Source: an uncultured Acidimicrobiia bacterium (lineage in GTDB: Bacteria; Actinomycetota; Acidimicrobiia; Spongiisociales; UBA11373). Taken from it: DNA of 64,000 nt. The notes beneath the pieces were generated by a model, which was not told the origin of the DNA, did not search any database, and worked only from the letters and a program-made list of their open reading frames with translations. The stretch lies in the NCBI GenBank assembly GCA_964511945.1, contig CAZEHO010000003.1, positions 62,431 to 126,430 on the forward strand. Direction: 5' to 3'. Both the position numbers and the translations under genes were made by a program. This document shows positions 1 through 9,634 of this stretch, piece by piece; the first letter of the stretch is position 1, and the number at the start of each line of letters is the position of its first letter.

Positions 1-865
1 ACGCTGTCGGTCGTGGCTTCAGCTCCTGGCCGAGCTCGGGTACCTGGCCTTTGATTCGGACAGGTACGAACCGTCGCTGCAAGCCTGCCATGCGATCTTG
101 AACGCCTACAGCCGCGAGACGTGGGCATTCCTGGCACGGGAGGCACGCGAGCGCTTCCCTGCGGTCAGAGATCTCGCCGTTCAACTCGGCGACCCTGGGA
201 CACCGTGGGAAACGCAGGGGCTCGAACCACCCGACTACCTCGAGAATCTGCGCCGGGACCCGGTGCGGGCACGTGAGTTCACCCGCATGCTCTTCGAGGT
301 CCACCTCCCCCTTGCCGAGGCTATCGCCGACGCGGTCTCCCCCGGCGGCGTCGACCGGATCCTCGATGTCGGAGGTGGCTCCGGCGTCGTCTCGTTGGCG
401 CTGCTGCGCCGGCACCCCCAGGCCCGAGCGGTCGTCGTGGATCTCGACAACGTGTGCGTTGCCGGTCGGGAGATCGCGGCCGATCACGCCACGCACGACC
501 GAATCGAGTACCGGGCTCTGGATTTCCTCGCCGATGACCTGCCGTCCGGATTCGACCTCGTCGTCTACTGCGACGTCGGAGAGTTCGACGAGCAGGTCTT
601 GCACAAGCTCCGCAGTTCCCTTGATCCAGGGGGCCGATTGGTCATCGTCTACAAGTTCGGGTCACGTCCGGGACGGTCTCACCCGTCGCGAACCCACTGG
701 GCTCTTCTGGCTGAACTGGGCAACACCCCACGAGATACCCCAACCGTCGAAGAACTGGTGGCAGATCTCGGCCGCGCCGAGTTCACGGCCTCGACGGTGA
801 TTGACCTCCCGGATCTGGAGTCGCGGTGGTCGAGTGGCTGGACCTTGATTGAAGCCGCGGTTTGA
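1..865 (+). CDS. Class I SAM-dependent (O-)methyltransferase, 5' partial. The frame is open to the window start; the track's TTG at 98 is probably internal.
   Basis: Glycine-rich SAM-binding motif LDVGGGSGVVSLALLRRHPQARAVVVDL followed by an acidic-residue motif (VVDLDNV). GC3-rich frame with no in-frame stop from nt 2 to 865. Confidence 0.6.
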   Translation, partial: RCRSWLQLLAELGYLAFDSDRYEPSLQACHAILNAYSRETWAFLAREARERFPAVRDLAVQLGDPGTPWETQGLEPPDYLENLRRDPVRAREFTRMLFEVHLPLAEAIADAVSPGGVDRILDVGGGSGVVSLALLRRHPQARAVVVDLDNVCVAGREIAADHATHDRIEYRALDFLADDLPSGFDLVVYCDVGEFDEQVLHKLRSSLDPGGRLVIVYKFGSRPGRSHPSRTHWALLAELGNTPRDTPTVEELVADLGRAEFTASTVIDLPDLESRWSSGWTLIEAAV

Positions 866-938
866 CCGCTGCCCCTCCGCTCCGACCCCACCCACGCGGA
901 GCGTTTTGACCCCCCTCCGCCCCTTCGGGACATCTGAC

Positions 939-1214
939 TCAGGCTCCCCCCGCCAGGGCCACCAGGATCACGATCTCGTCGTCTCGGCTCACCAGGGTGC
1001 GATCGACATCGCCATGTTTGATGATCCGATCGTCGACCACCACCGAGAGGTGGTTGCGCACCTTCCCGTACGAATCGAACAGCCGCTCCTCGAGATCCGG
1101 ATGTGCTGCGACCACATCGCGCAGCACCTCGCCCACGGTGTTGCCCGCCGCCGGAACCCGCTCTGCACCGCCGGCGTACTTGTGGAACGTCGCCGGCAGC
1201 CGGACGGTGGTCAT
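939..1214 (-). CDS. MoaD/ThiS-family ubiquitin-like sulfur-carrier protein (C-terminal GG)
   Basis: 91 aa ending ...ALAGGA, with a beta-grasp-like composition. Its ATG overlaps the upstream LLM gene's stop as ATGA (plus strand 1211-1214 reads tcat). Confidence 0.65.
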   Translation of the reverse strand: MTTVRLPATFHKYAGGAERVPAAGNTVGEVLRDVVAAHPDLEERLFDSYGKVRNHLSVVVDDRIIKHGDVDRTLVSRDDEIVILVALAGGA

Positions 1215-2104
1215 GAGGCCAACTCGGCGATGAGCTCCCAGGTGGCTTCACGCTCCGCCCGCCGCCCGAAGACGTCGACGCCGATGACCGTGGCCCCGGC
1301 GGCCTCGATCTCGGCCAGCCGCTCCCGCACGTAGCCGGCCTCACCGACGACCGCCAGATCCTCGGGTCCCGACGCACCTTCGCGGTCCAGCATTGCCCGG
1401 TACGACGGCAGCACTCCGTACAGCGCGTAGACCCGGGCCGCCCGCTTTCGGGCCGCTTCGACTTCGGTGGTCACGCACACCGGATAGGTCGCCGTGATGT
1501 TCGGCTCCGGTCTCCCTGCCGCTTCGGCGGCGGCGAGGATCGTCGGCACGGTGTGCTCCACCAGGGTGCGGACTCCCACCATCCAGGTCAGGGTGCCGGC
1601 CGCCCGCTTCCCGGCAAGCTGCAGCATTTGGGGGCCGAGCGCGGCGATCATCACCGGAACCGGTGGAGCCTCGGCTCGGATCACCCATTGCGACGACACC
1701 AGCGTGCCCTCGGCACCGACCACCCGGTCGTCGAGCAGCGGCAGCAGCACATCGAGGTATTCGTTCATGAAGCGGACCGGGGGGTGCCAGGGCAGGCCCC
1801 AGTTCTGCTCGACTACTGGGCGATGCGACAGCCCGACGCCGAGCGTGAACCGGCCGTCTGAGATCTGGCTCAACGTGACGGCTTCCTGCGCCAGCAGCGT
1901 CGGATGTGTCGTCGGAATGGCGGCGACTCCGACTCCGAGGCGGATCCCCGGAACCTCGCGAGCGACGACCCCGAGCACGACCATGGGAGCCAGGCCTTCG
2001 ATCTGCGGCAACCACAGCGTCCCGACGCCGGCTTCGGCGGCACGCCGAGCCCCGGCCACGGTGTCATCGACGGTGCCGAAGTCACCCGAAATGTCAATGC
2101 GCAA
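1211..2104 (-). CDS. LLM-class (luciferase-like) F420-dependent oxidoreductase
   Basis: 297 aa, TIM-barrel LLM pattern (GTLWLPQ...GRFTLGVGLSH...), typical of actinobacterial F420 enzymes. Confidence 0.75.
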   Translation of the reverse strand: MRIDISGDFGTVDDTVAGARRAAEAGVGTLWLPQIEGLAPMVVLGVVAREVPGIRLGVGVAAIPTTHPTLLAQEAVTLSQISDGRFTLGVGLSHRPVVEQNWGLPWHPPVRFMNEYLDVLLPLLDDRVVGAEGTLVSSQWVIRAEAPPVPVMIAALGPQMLQLAGKRAAGTLTWMVGVRTLVEHTVPTILAAAEAAGRPEPNITATYPVCVTTEVEAARKRAARVYALYGVLPSYRAMLDREGASGPEDLAVVGEAGYVRERLAEIEAAGATVIGVDVFGRRAEREATWELIAELAS

Positions 2105-2233
2105 AGGTGCCCCTCCTACTCCTCGGGCTGAAGGTACACCTCACGGGCTCCCAATCTCGCAGTTCATAAGAAAACAAACCAATCTCATCTGATGGCTGCA
2201 GAATCCACACCTCCGAGTCGGTAGGATCGTGAT

Positions 2234-3205
2234 ATGCCGTACCAGCCCATTCCCCCAGCAGACCTGGACGACATCGACCGTCAGCTCGTCGGGCTCCTGA
2301 TTCGGGATGGGCGTGCCACGTACACGTCGCTGGCGCCGGCGGTCGGACTCTCGCACACCGCGGTGCGGGCCAGGGTGCAACGATTGCTCGACGACGAAAT
2401 CGTCACCGTCACCGCCAGGATCGATCCTCGCAGCCTCGGCGCCGGCGTGTTCGGCTTCGGGTTGGTCGGGGTCGATCAACCGGCCCGCCGGGTCGCCGCC
2501 CGGTTCGAGGACACCGACGAGGCCGTCTTCGCCGCTTGCCTCACCGGCAAATGGGCCCTGCTGCTAGAACTCCGCTGCCGCGACAACGACCATCTTCTCG
2601 AGACCCTCGACACGGTTCGGTCGGCCCCGGGAGTAGAGGAGCTGGAAAGCCTCACGGTGCTCGACTACTTCAAGCAGGGATGGACCGGCATCGCCGCTGA
2701 GGTCTTCGGACTCGAGGTGTCGCCGGCCCAGGAGAACCCGGTGCCGGCGCCGCGCTCCCTGGACGACGTGGATCGCCGGCTGGTCCGTGAGCTGGTGATC
2801 GATGGGCGGGCAACGTACGCCGATCTCGCCAGCGCCATCGGCCTTTCGCAGACCGCAATCCGTGCACGGGTGCAGCGTCTGCTCGATGAGGGCATCGTGG
2901 TGGTGCAGGCATATGCCAACGCGGTCGCCCTCGGCATCGCCTCGTTCTCGGCACTGCTGATCTCCGCCTCGGGTGAGGTGCGGGAGGTGGTGTCTCAACT
3001 GCAACCGATGCCGGAGATCACGCTGATCGCAGCCACCGGCGGACGTTTCGACATCGTGTGTGAGGTGTGGTGTCGTGACAACCGGCACCTCCTGCAGACC
3101 ATCGACGAGATACGTGCGTTCCCCGGTGTCGGCACGGTCGAGTCCGGCACCTTCCTCGAAGTGGTGAAACAGGAGTACCGCATCAGTGGCACCGACGGCA
3201 GCTAG
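2234..3205 (+). CDS. Lrp/AsnC-family transcriptional regulator, tandem-duplicated (two HTH plus RAM modules in one chain)
   Basis: Two repeats of the Lrp pattern: D(D)IDRQLV..L..DGRATY..LA.A.GLS.TA...RVQRLLD, each followed by a RAM-like domain. Divergent from the LLM gene. Confidence 0.8.
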   Translation: MPYQPIPPADLDDIDRQLVGLLIRDGRATYTSLAPAVGLSHTAVRARVQRLLDDEIVTVTARIDPRSLGAGVFGFGLVGVDQPARRVAARFEDTDEAVFAACLTGKWALLLELRCRDNDHLLETLDTVRSAPGVEELESLTVLDYFKQGWTGIAAEVFGLEVSPAQENPVPAPRSLDDVDRRLVRELVIDGRATYADLASAIGLSQTAIRARVQRLLDEGIVVVQAYANAVALGIASFSALLISASGEVREVVSQLQPMPEITLIAATGGRFDIVCEVWCRDNRHLLQTIDEIRAFPGVGTVESGTFLEVVKQEYRISGTDGS

Positions 3206-3369
3206 TGCCGTGTCTCATAACGTTGGCGAGGTTTCAGGGCGAGCTCAGGGCGTCGCCCGGCAAGGACGCAGTCCCGCAGGCGCACTCGGATGCGTGCGTC
3301 AAGGGCGAGGACACAGCCGGAGGCGTCCTGAGCCGCATCTGAACCCGCCAAACGTTTTGTGACGTGGCA

Positions 3370-5052
3370 CTAACCACTTCCGGTTGCCGCCCCGCAGATT
3401 CTGACCGCAGCCGAACCCGCCGGGACTCCAATCGTCACAGCCGTGTTCTCCTCGACCGGATCCGGCACCCTGATCCGGCCCGTCCCGTCGACCGGCTCGA
3501 CTCGCACCACCGACCCGAACTGATCGATCCAGGTCAGCTCGAGCACCGAACCGGCCTCACCGAGCACATTGAAGCCGAGGCTCCCGCGCCGGCGCGAGAC
3601 ACCCTCGACGACCGTCCCCGGCTCGATCGTGATACATCCATCGGCCTCGGCCGTCGTGATGATCACCGGATGGCCTCGCGGCTCCCCGTGCGGACCGACC
3701 TCGAAGCGCACCCTTGGCCGCAACTGCTCGATGACGCCCGAGTCCGCAGCGGCCGGCGGACGGTATCCATCCTCCACCAGCCTGCCGACCGCCGAGATCC
3801 GAACGATCATCCAGCGGTAATCACCGAGGTGGGACACCGGCTGATCCGCCATCGGCTCGCCGTTGAGGCTCATCGCAGCCACCGCGTCGAATCCGACCCG
3901 ATCCCCGGCAATGTCCTCAGCCCGCTCATGCTGGACCTCGACCCTATCGAGGGCGTTGACGACGACACCGAAGCCGGCGAGCCCCACCACCCCGGCCATC
4001 GCAGCCGTTCTGAGAGGAGGGGCACTCGGGAGGCGGATGTGGGGGGCAAAGCCGCCGAGGAGATACAGCGAAACCCACACCGCGTACCGGCCCTCTTCGG
4101 GTCCATGCCCGCTGGACGCGCGGACCAGGAGAACGGCCGACACGAACCCGGCCGCGGCGACCAGGAACACGACGTCTCCCGCCCGCAGCCGGCGCCGCCA
4201 CGCCAGCCAGACCACGAATCCGGTCACCGCCACCCCGAACCCCCACCGGAACCAATCGGGGAATCCGAGGATCCGTCCGACGGCGAGCCCCGCCGTCTCC
4301 ACCAGACCCAAGGGGATGTCCACCATGGCGGCGAGGTCGATCGTGTTCCTGCCCGAATCTGCACCCCACGTCAGCAGCCAGCTCACGTACGCAGCAGCGG
4401 GAAGCACAAACGCCGGCAGCCACCTGCGGTGCGCCGGCGAAACGGCCGCCACCAGCCCCGCCGCGGCGGCGATGATGACCCCCGAACTCCCGGACCCGAC
4501 CAGCACCAGCAGTGCCGCCATCAGCCAGACCCGGTGGTGGCGTGCCGGAATACCGATTCCGTTGAACCAGGCCGACAACAGGATCAGGCCGGCCAGCGAG
4601 ATCAGTGCACCGACGACCGTCGCATCGATGATGACCGCGCCTCCGATGAAGAGCGCCAGCAGCAGTGCCCCGAAGGCCGGAACCCGGTCGGTCCCGCGGG
4701 CCAGCAGCACCCGCCACAACAATACGCACGCAGCGCCGAACAGCAGCACATGGGGAATCAGGTACCAGGGGAAGTAGTCCATCCCCACGGCTCCGTACAG
4801 CACACGGTGCAGCAGGAACGCCGGAATCTGGAGGTGGCCGTTGTGGGGTTCCAGCCATTCGTCCACCGAGCCGATCTCACGCAGTGTGAGGAAATCCCAG
4901 GCATCGACAAAGAACCACATGTCGCGCGACGCGATGAACCAGACGATCGCTGCGAGGAGCGCGGCCGACAGGCCCAGGATCCATTCGATCGTGTCCGGCC
5001 GAGTCAGCGTCCGGCGGATCGAGGCATCGCTCATCGCCGACTCGCCGGTCAT
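3370..5052 (-). CDS. Polytopic integral membrane protein, paralog 2 (possible GT-C-like glycosyltransferase; family not recognised)
   Basis: About 10 predicted TM helices plus a C-terminal roughly 200-aa soluble domain. Strong paralogy to the upstream gene (WFIASRDMWFFVDAWDF...GHLQIPAFLLHRVLYG). Start chosen at ATG 5052, which overlaps the upstream stop as ATGA. Confidence 0.6.
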   Translation of the reverse strand: MTGESAMSDASIRRTLTRPDTIEWILGLSAALLAAIVWFIASRDMWFFVDAWDFLTLREIGSVDEWLEPHNGHLQIPAFLLHRVLYGAVGMDYFPWYLIPHVLLFGAACVLLWRVLLARGTDRVPAFGALLLALFIGGAVIIDATVVGALISLAGLILLSAWFNGIGIPARHHRVWLMAALLVLVGSGSSGVIIAAAAGLVAAVSPAHRRWLPAFVLPAAAYVSWLLTWGADSGRNTIDLAAMVDIPLGLVETAGLAVGRILGFPDWFRWGFGVAVTGFVVWLAWRRRLRAGDVVFLVAAAGFVSAVLLVRASSGHGPEEGRYAVWVSLYLLGGFAPHIRLPSAPPLRTAAMAGVVGLAGFGVVVNALDRVEVQHERAEDIAGDRVGFDAVAAMSLNGEPMADQPVSHLGDYRWMIVRISAVGRLVEDGYRPPAAADSGVIEQLRPRVRFEVGPHGEPRGHPVIITTAEADGCITIEPGTVVEGVSRRRGSLGFNVLGEAGSVLELTWIDQFGSVVRVEPVDGTGRIRVPDPVEENTAVTIGVPAGSAAVRICGAATGSG

Positions 5053-6788
5053 TCGCCGTCCACTCCGCACACGTCGATCGGCGCCTCTTCCGAAGGCACC
5101 CGCAGTGTCACCGTGGTGGCGTCGGCGGTGGGCTCGGCAAACTCGAGGCGCTGATCGCCTTCCAGTTCGATCGATTGCTCGACGATCCCGAACCGGTCCG
5201 ACCAGATGACGTCGAGGACGGTCGGCCGGTCGTTCGCCGGCTCGACCCGCACCGTCCCGGTCTTGTGCACCACCGCCTGAATCGATTGGCCGGCCCCGAT
5301 CCGCAGGCACCCATCGGCATCCACCCCCGGGGCGGTGATGGGGAGCCTGGCCGGCCTGCCGGGGCGGATCACCTCGACACGGACCAGCGGGCGCAGCTCA
5401 GCGAGGAGCTCCGGGTCGACGGCCTCCGGAGGCCGGTAGCCGTCACCAACAAACATCCTGACGCTGGCGGTGGTGAGGGTCATCCCCCGATAGCTGCCGA
5501 GCGAATCGACCCGCCGCTCGACGACCGGTTCGCCGGCAATGATGAACGAAGCCACCGCATCCACCCCGACCCGGTCGCGGGTGAGACGGGTGCCTCTGGT
5601 CTCCACCCGGTCGACACGGGCCGACGCGTTGTCGTACACCGCGTACCCGACGAGCAGCGCACCGGCAACCAGGACCGGGATCACGGCGCGCGCCGGTGGG
5701 CGCGGCAGGGCAGGCGCCAGCCCAACGATCAGATAGATGGCAGGGAAGATGGAGTAGCGATTGAGCGTCAGGTCGACACCGTCGGCGACTCTGATCAGCA
5801 GCACCGCAGCAACGAAGCCGAGGGCCGTCACCAGATAGAGCGCTTCGCCGGCACCGAGCCGCCCCTTCCACCCGAGCCAAGCGATCACCAGGAGGACTGC
5901 GATGCCGACCGCCCATCGCCAGGCCTCGGGGAAGCCGAGCGCCCTGCTCATCGCCAGCCCGATCAGTTCGACGGCATCTCTGGGGAAGGTGACCAGAGCA
6001 CCGAGATCGAAGTCGTTGTGCGAGGAATCCGACGCCCACGTCAGCCACCAGGCCAGGTAGGCGATGGCCGGCACGATGAACGACGGCAGCCACTTCCAGC
6101 GCCGCCGGTCGAACAGGACGATCAGCCCGGCCGAGCCGGCCACGATCACCCCGGAGCTCCCGGTCGCCAGCAGAAGGAGCACCATTCCTCCAATCACGAT
6201 GCGAGGGGCCCGGGTCGGCACCAACTGTCCCTCGAGCCACAGCGAGAGCAGCGCCATTGCACCGAGGACAATCACCGCACCGATCACCGTGGCGAAGATC
6301 ACCTCTGCGGTACCGATGAACAGCACCAGCAGAAACGCACCGAAGGCGATGAACCGGTCGGCCCCGCGATGCAGCATCGACCGCCACAGCAGGAGCGCCG
6401 CGATGCTGAACCCGATGGTGTGCGGCAGTACGTACCACGGGAAGTAGTCCAATTCGAAGATCCCGTAGAGCGCCCGGTGCACGAGGAATGCCGGGATCTG
6501 CAGATGCCCCAGATGCGGTGTCAGCCAGCCATCGACCGAACCGAACTCCCGGCGGGCGGTGAAGTCCCATGCGTCGGCAAAGAACCACAGATCCCGTGAG
6601 GCGACGATCCAGATGATCGTTGCGGCCGCCGCGACGAGGCCGGCCGCCACCCATTCGATGCGTGGAAGCGCCCCTTCCCAGCGATTCTCGGAGGCTGGTT
6701 GTGCTTCGGTCAACTGGTCTCTTCGTCGGTCACCGCATGGTATCCGCCGGCCCTGCGGTCCCCCCGGCAGCACGGTGGGCACTGCCAC
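5049..6788 (-). CDS. Polytopic integral membrane protein, paralog 1
   Basis: 579 aa with the same architecture as paralog 2 (WIVASRDLWFFADAWDF...GHLQIPAFLVHRALYG). Confidence 0.6.
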   Translation of the reverse strand: MAVPTVLPGGPQGRRIPCGDRRRDQLTEAQPASENRWEGALPRIEWVAAGLVAAAATIIWIVASRDLWFFADAWDFTARREFGSVDGWLTPHLGHLQIPAFLVHRALYGIFELDYFPWYVLPHTIGFSIAALLLWRSMLHRGADRFIAFGAFLLVLFIGTAEVIFATVIGAVIVLGAMALLSLWLEGQLVPTRAPRIVIGGMVLLLLATGSSGVIVAGSAGLIVLFDRRRWKWLPSFIVPAIAYLAWWLTWASDSSHNDFDLGALVTFPRDAVELIGLAMSRALGFPEAWRWAVGIAVLLVIAWLGWKGRLGAGEALYLVTALGFVAAVLLIRVADGVDLTLNRYSIFPAIYLIVGLAPALPRPPARAVIPVLVAGALLVGYAVYDNASARVDRVETRGTRLTRDRVGVDAVASFIIAGEPVVERRVDSLGSYRGMTLTTASVRMFVGDGYRPPEAVDPELLAELRPLVRVEVIRPGRPARLPITAPGVDADGCLRIGAGQSIQAVVHKTGTVRVEPANDRPTVLDVIWSDRFGIVEQSIELEGDQRLEFAEPTADATTVTLRVPSEEAPIDVCGVDGE

Positions 6789-6849
6789 CGGCGGTGGACG
6801 CGATGCGGGGAGCCCGCAGGCTCCCCGCTTCAGTCAATCGAAGTTTGGC

Positions 6850-7272
6850 TTACGCGTCCTTGATGAACGCTCCCACCACTGCAGCGATCCCGCCGATGAG
6901 CACGAGCCACAGCCCGAACCCAACGCTGACATCGACGCCCGGCAAGCCGCCGAGCTCGCCGGCGGCACGGCCGACGTCGACGATGTCGATGATCGACACC
7001 AGCACGATGATCGCCCCGGCCACGATGACACCGATCATCCGGGCCCGACCCTTGAGGAACAGTGCAAAGGCAGCTGCGGCGAGGCCGACGATCAGGGTGA
7101 TCGTTCCGTCCCCATCCATGCCGCCTACGGACTCGGAGCCGAAGCCCTCTACGCTCACCGAGGCCCAGGCCAGGAATGAACCGATCACCACGACGAGCGC
7201 CCCGATGAGCACAATCATCGTGGATCGGCTGGACGTCACCCTTTCCATCGAGAAACCACCACCGTCGGTCAT
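6850..7272 (-). CDS. Small hydrophobic membrane protein (3-4 TM)
   Basis: 140 aa, Gly/Ala/Val/Ile-rich TM segments. Same strand as the two membrane-protein paralogs and directly upstream of them. Confidence 0.5.
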   Translation of the reverse strand: MTDGGGFSMERVTSSRSTMIVLIGALVVVIGSFLAWASVSVEGFGSESVGGMDGDGTITLIVGLAAAAFALFLKGRARMIGVIVAGAIIVLVSIIDIVDVGRAAGELGGLPGVDVSVGFGLWLVLIGGIAAVVGAFIKDA

Positions 7273-7426
7273 GTCCTCCCCTCCCTTTGGGAATTTCGTC
7301 AGCGGGGGGACCCTACTCGGATCGGACCTCCGAGGCGACCGCTCCCGACCTCACACAATCTTGACAACCCGCCAACAGAGCTCCCATGGGGCTCATGTGC
7401 AATGCGATCAGCACGAAAGGAGCGAC

Positions 7427-7669
7427 ATGCTGTTGGCACTGTTTCATCCGGGGTACGGGTTCTTCTGGCTCGGACCGCTGCTGTTCTTCCTTCTGATGTT
7501 CGGGCTGTTCGCCTGGACCGGACGCAGGCGCGGTGAACGTCCGCCGCCGCTGCGGGACCGGCCCGGTCTCGGGATCCTCGAAGAGCGCTACGCCCGGGGC
7601 GAGATCGACCGGGACGAGTTCCTATCCCGCCGCCGGGACCTGCTCAACGGGGACGGTGAGGAGGAGTGA
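7427..7669 (+). CDS. SHOCT-domain small membrane protein
   Basis: RBS AAAGGAG 6 nt upstream of ATG 7427. N-terminal TM helix, then a C-terminal motif RYARGEIDRDEF..RR.DLL. Confidence 0.6.
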   Translation: MLLALFHPGYGFFWLGPLLFFLLMFGLFAWTGRRRGERPPPLRDRPGLGILEERYARGEIDRDEFLSRRRDLLNGDGEEE

Positions 7670-7754
7670 CCACACCCCTTCCCCCCCGGTGCGGGGGAAG
7701 GTCCTTCGGCGCCGGATGGCGCCGAACCGGAAGGGGGGTACTCAATGGGAAGAG

Positions 7755-9008
7755 CTACTCCACGTACGGGATCGTCAGCGGTCCCTCCGGCAGCACTGCG
7801 ATCGTCTTGCCGGCTGCGGCCGCCGCCGCCAGCACCGCCTCCATGTCCTCGACCTTTCCGAGGTGGCACTCGGCGAGTTCCTCGGCGCTGAGCCCATCGG
7901 TGACCACCGCCACTTCGCACCGCTCTTGGATCCGGGCCTGGACCTGGACCTGCCACTGATCGGGCCGCACCTCCGGATCCTCCCGGAACGCCTGAGCGAG
8001 CTGCACGATGTCGGGGACCTCCACCAGCATGTCGTGGTACTCGCTGCCGTGGGGAATCCCGTCGGCACACTCGGAGGCACACACGATCAGGCCGCCGTCG
8101 CGACAGATCTCGGCGGCGGCGGCGATGCCCTTGACCGCCTGATACAGGTTCTGGTCGAGCGGATAGCCGCTGTTGGTCGTGACGACCACGTCGAACCGTT
8201 CGGGCACCGCCACCATCGCCACATCCTTGGCAAAGGCACAGGCTGCGTCGTGCATCGGCTCCAGGTCCCCGGCGAATCCCCGAACGATCTCCTTGTCCCG
8301 ATTCAGTACAACGTCGAATGAGAAATCGGTGCCGGTGGCCGCGGCGAGGGCGCGAACGTCGTCGTGGACCGGATTGCCCGCCCGGACCCCCCAGGTAGCG
8401 CGGGGATCGCCGATCCGGCGCCCGTCGTGCAGCACCAGGACGGTGTCGAGCCCGGCGAGACCCGGAGCAACCATCTTGGGCCCGCCGGAGAAGCCGGCAA
8501 AGAAGTGCGGCTCCACGAACCCGGTAGTGATCCGAACATCGGCCTCCACCCACAGGCGGTTCAGTTCGACCGGCACATCTGCACCGCACGTACCCAGCGG
8601 CACCAGATCGTCGGCCCGGCAGTCGTGATTGATCACCCGGTACCGATCGAGCGTGTCCCTCCCGAGCATCTCAGCAAGCTCTTCCGGTGTGTTGCCGCGA
8701 TGGGTGCCGGTTGCAATCAGGATCGTGAAGTCGTCGTCGACGGCTATTCCGTCGAGTTCCCGCCGGATCGCGTCGAGCACCGGCCGGCGCGGCTGGGGGC
8801 GGGTCCCGTCGCACATGGAGATCGCGATCCGCTGACCGGACCGGACCCGATCTCGGAGCCGGGACCCGGCGATCGGTGAGGCAAGCGCATCGTCGAGCGC
8901 GGCGGGGACATTCGGAGCGGCGGGGACGTACCGGGGTTCGACGACCATCGCGCCGTCGGGGACCTCGACCTCCAATCCCTCGCGGCCGTACAGGAGGCGC
9001 ACCTTCAC
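7755..9008 (-). CDS. larA: LarA-family (lactate-racemase-like, nickel-pincer cofactor-dependent) 2-hydroxyacid racemase/epimerase
   Basis: 417 aa with DUF2088 N-terminal region. Motifs: TGTHRGNTPEE, HFFAGFSGGPKMVAPG, NLYQAVKG...GGLIVCASECADG. GTG start overlaps the HAD gene's stop as GTGA. Confidence 0.75.
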   Translation of the reverse strand: MKVRLLYGREGLEVEVPDGAMVVEPRYVPAAPNVPAALDDALASPIAGSRLRDRVRSGQRIAISMCDGTRPQPRRPVLDAIRRELDGIAVDDDFTILIATGTHRGNTPEELAEMLGRDTLDRYRVINHDCRADDLVPLGTCGADVPVELNRLWVEADVRITTGFVEPHFFAGFSGGPKMVAPGLAGLDTVLVLHDGRRIGDPRATWGVRAGNPVHDDVRALAAATGTDFSFDVVLNRDKEIVRGFAGDLEPMHDAACAFAKDVAMVAVPERFDVVVTTNSGYPLDQNLYQAVKGIAAAAEICRDGGLIVCASECADGIPHGSEYHDMLVEVPDIVQLAQAFREDPEVRPDQWQVQVQARIQERCEVAVVTDGLSAEELAECHLGKVEDMEAVLAAAAAAGKTIAVLPEGPLTIPYVE

Positions 9009-9634
9009 CCGGCGACCTCAATTCCGATCTCCGACCCGTTCACCGACACGCGCAGGGCGGCGAGCCCATCGACATGGAGATCCGCACCTTCCCCGGTGTC
9101 GCCCACGGCAATGACCCGGAACCCGCCGCGGCCGGCCGATTCGATGCCGGCGACCGCGTCTTCGATCACAACCGAGTCACCGACCCCGACCCCGAGCCGT
9201 TCCGCAGCCAGGAGGAACGGTTCCGGATCAGGCTTGCCGCACTCGACGTCGCGAGCAGTGATCAGGACCGATGGCTCGAGCAGCCCCCCGGCGGTGATCC
9301 GCGAGCGGGCAACGGGTTCGGTACCCGAGGTCACGATCGCCCATGCATCCGCCGGAAGCCGGCTCAACAGTTCGAGCGCTCCCGGCATTGCGGTCACTCC
9401 AACCGGATCGGCGGCTTGGCCGCCCTCGATCACGATCTCCTCCTCCGCAGGATCGAGATGCGGGGCGAAGCGGGCAACCACCTGCCGGGTGGGAACTCCG
9501 TGCATCCCATCCCGCAGGGTGGGCCAATCGATCCCGATGCGCTCCGCCCAGCGCTTCCAGTGGCGCTCGGTGGCCGGCAGCGAATCGACGAGGGTCCCGT
9601 CGAGATCGAAGAGGATGGCGCGACAGGTGAGCAT
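9005..9634 (-). CDS. HAD-superfamily hydrolase (beta-phosphoglucomutase-like subfamily IA)
   Basis: Motif I ILFDLDGTLVDS, a conserved Lys in GKPDPEPF, and a motif-IV acidic pair (VIEDAVAG). Start taken at ATG 9634. Confidence 0.8.
   Translation of the reverse strand: MLTCRAILFDLDGTLVDSLPATERHWKRWAERIGIDWPTLRDGMHGVPTRQVVARFAPHLDPAEEEIVIEGGQAADPVGVTAMPGALELLSRLPADAWAIVTSGTEPVARSRITAGGLLEPSVLITARDVECGKPDPEPFLLAAERLGVGVGDSVVIEDAVAGIESAGRGGFRVIAVGDTGEGADLHVDGLAALRVSVNGSEIGIEVAG

Noticed and set aside
3364-6599. Long plus-strand ORFs (3364..5154 of 596 aa; 5175..6599 of 474 aa) antisense to the membrane-protein paralogs
   Set aside because: Arg/Pro/Asp/Gly-rich low-complexity translations with no motifs. 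They fully overlap convincing minus-strand genes. These are typical GC-rich shadow ORFs.
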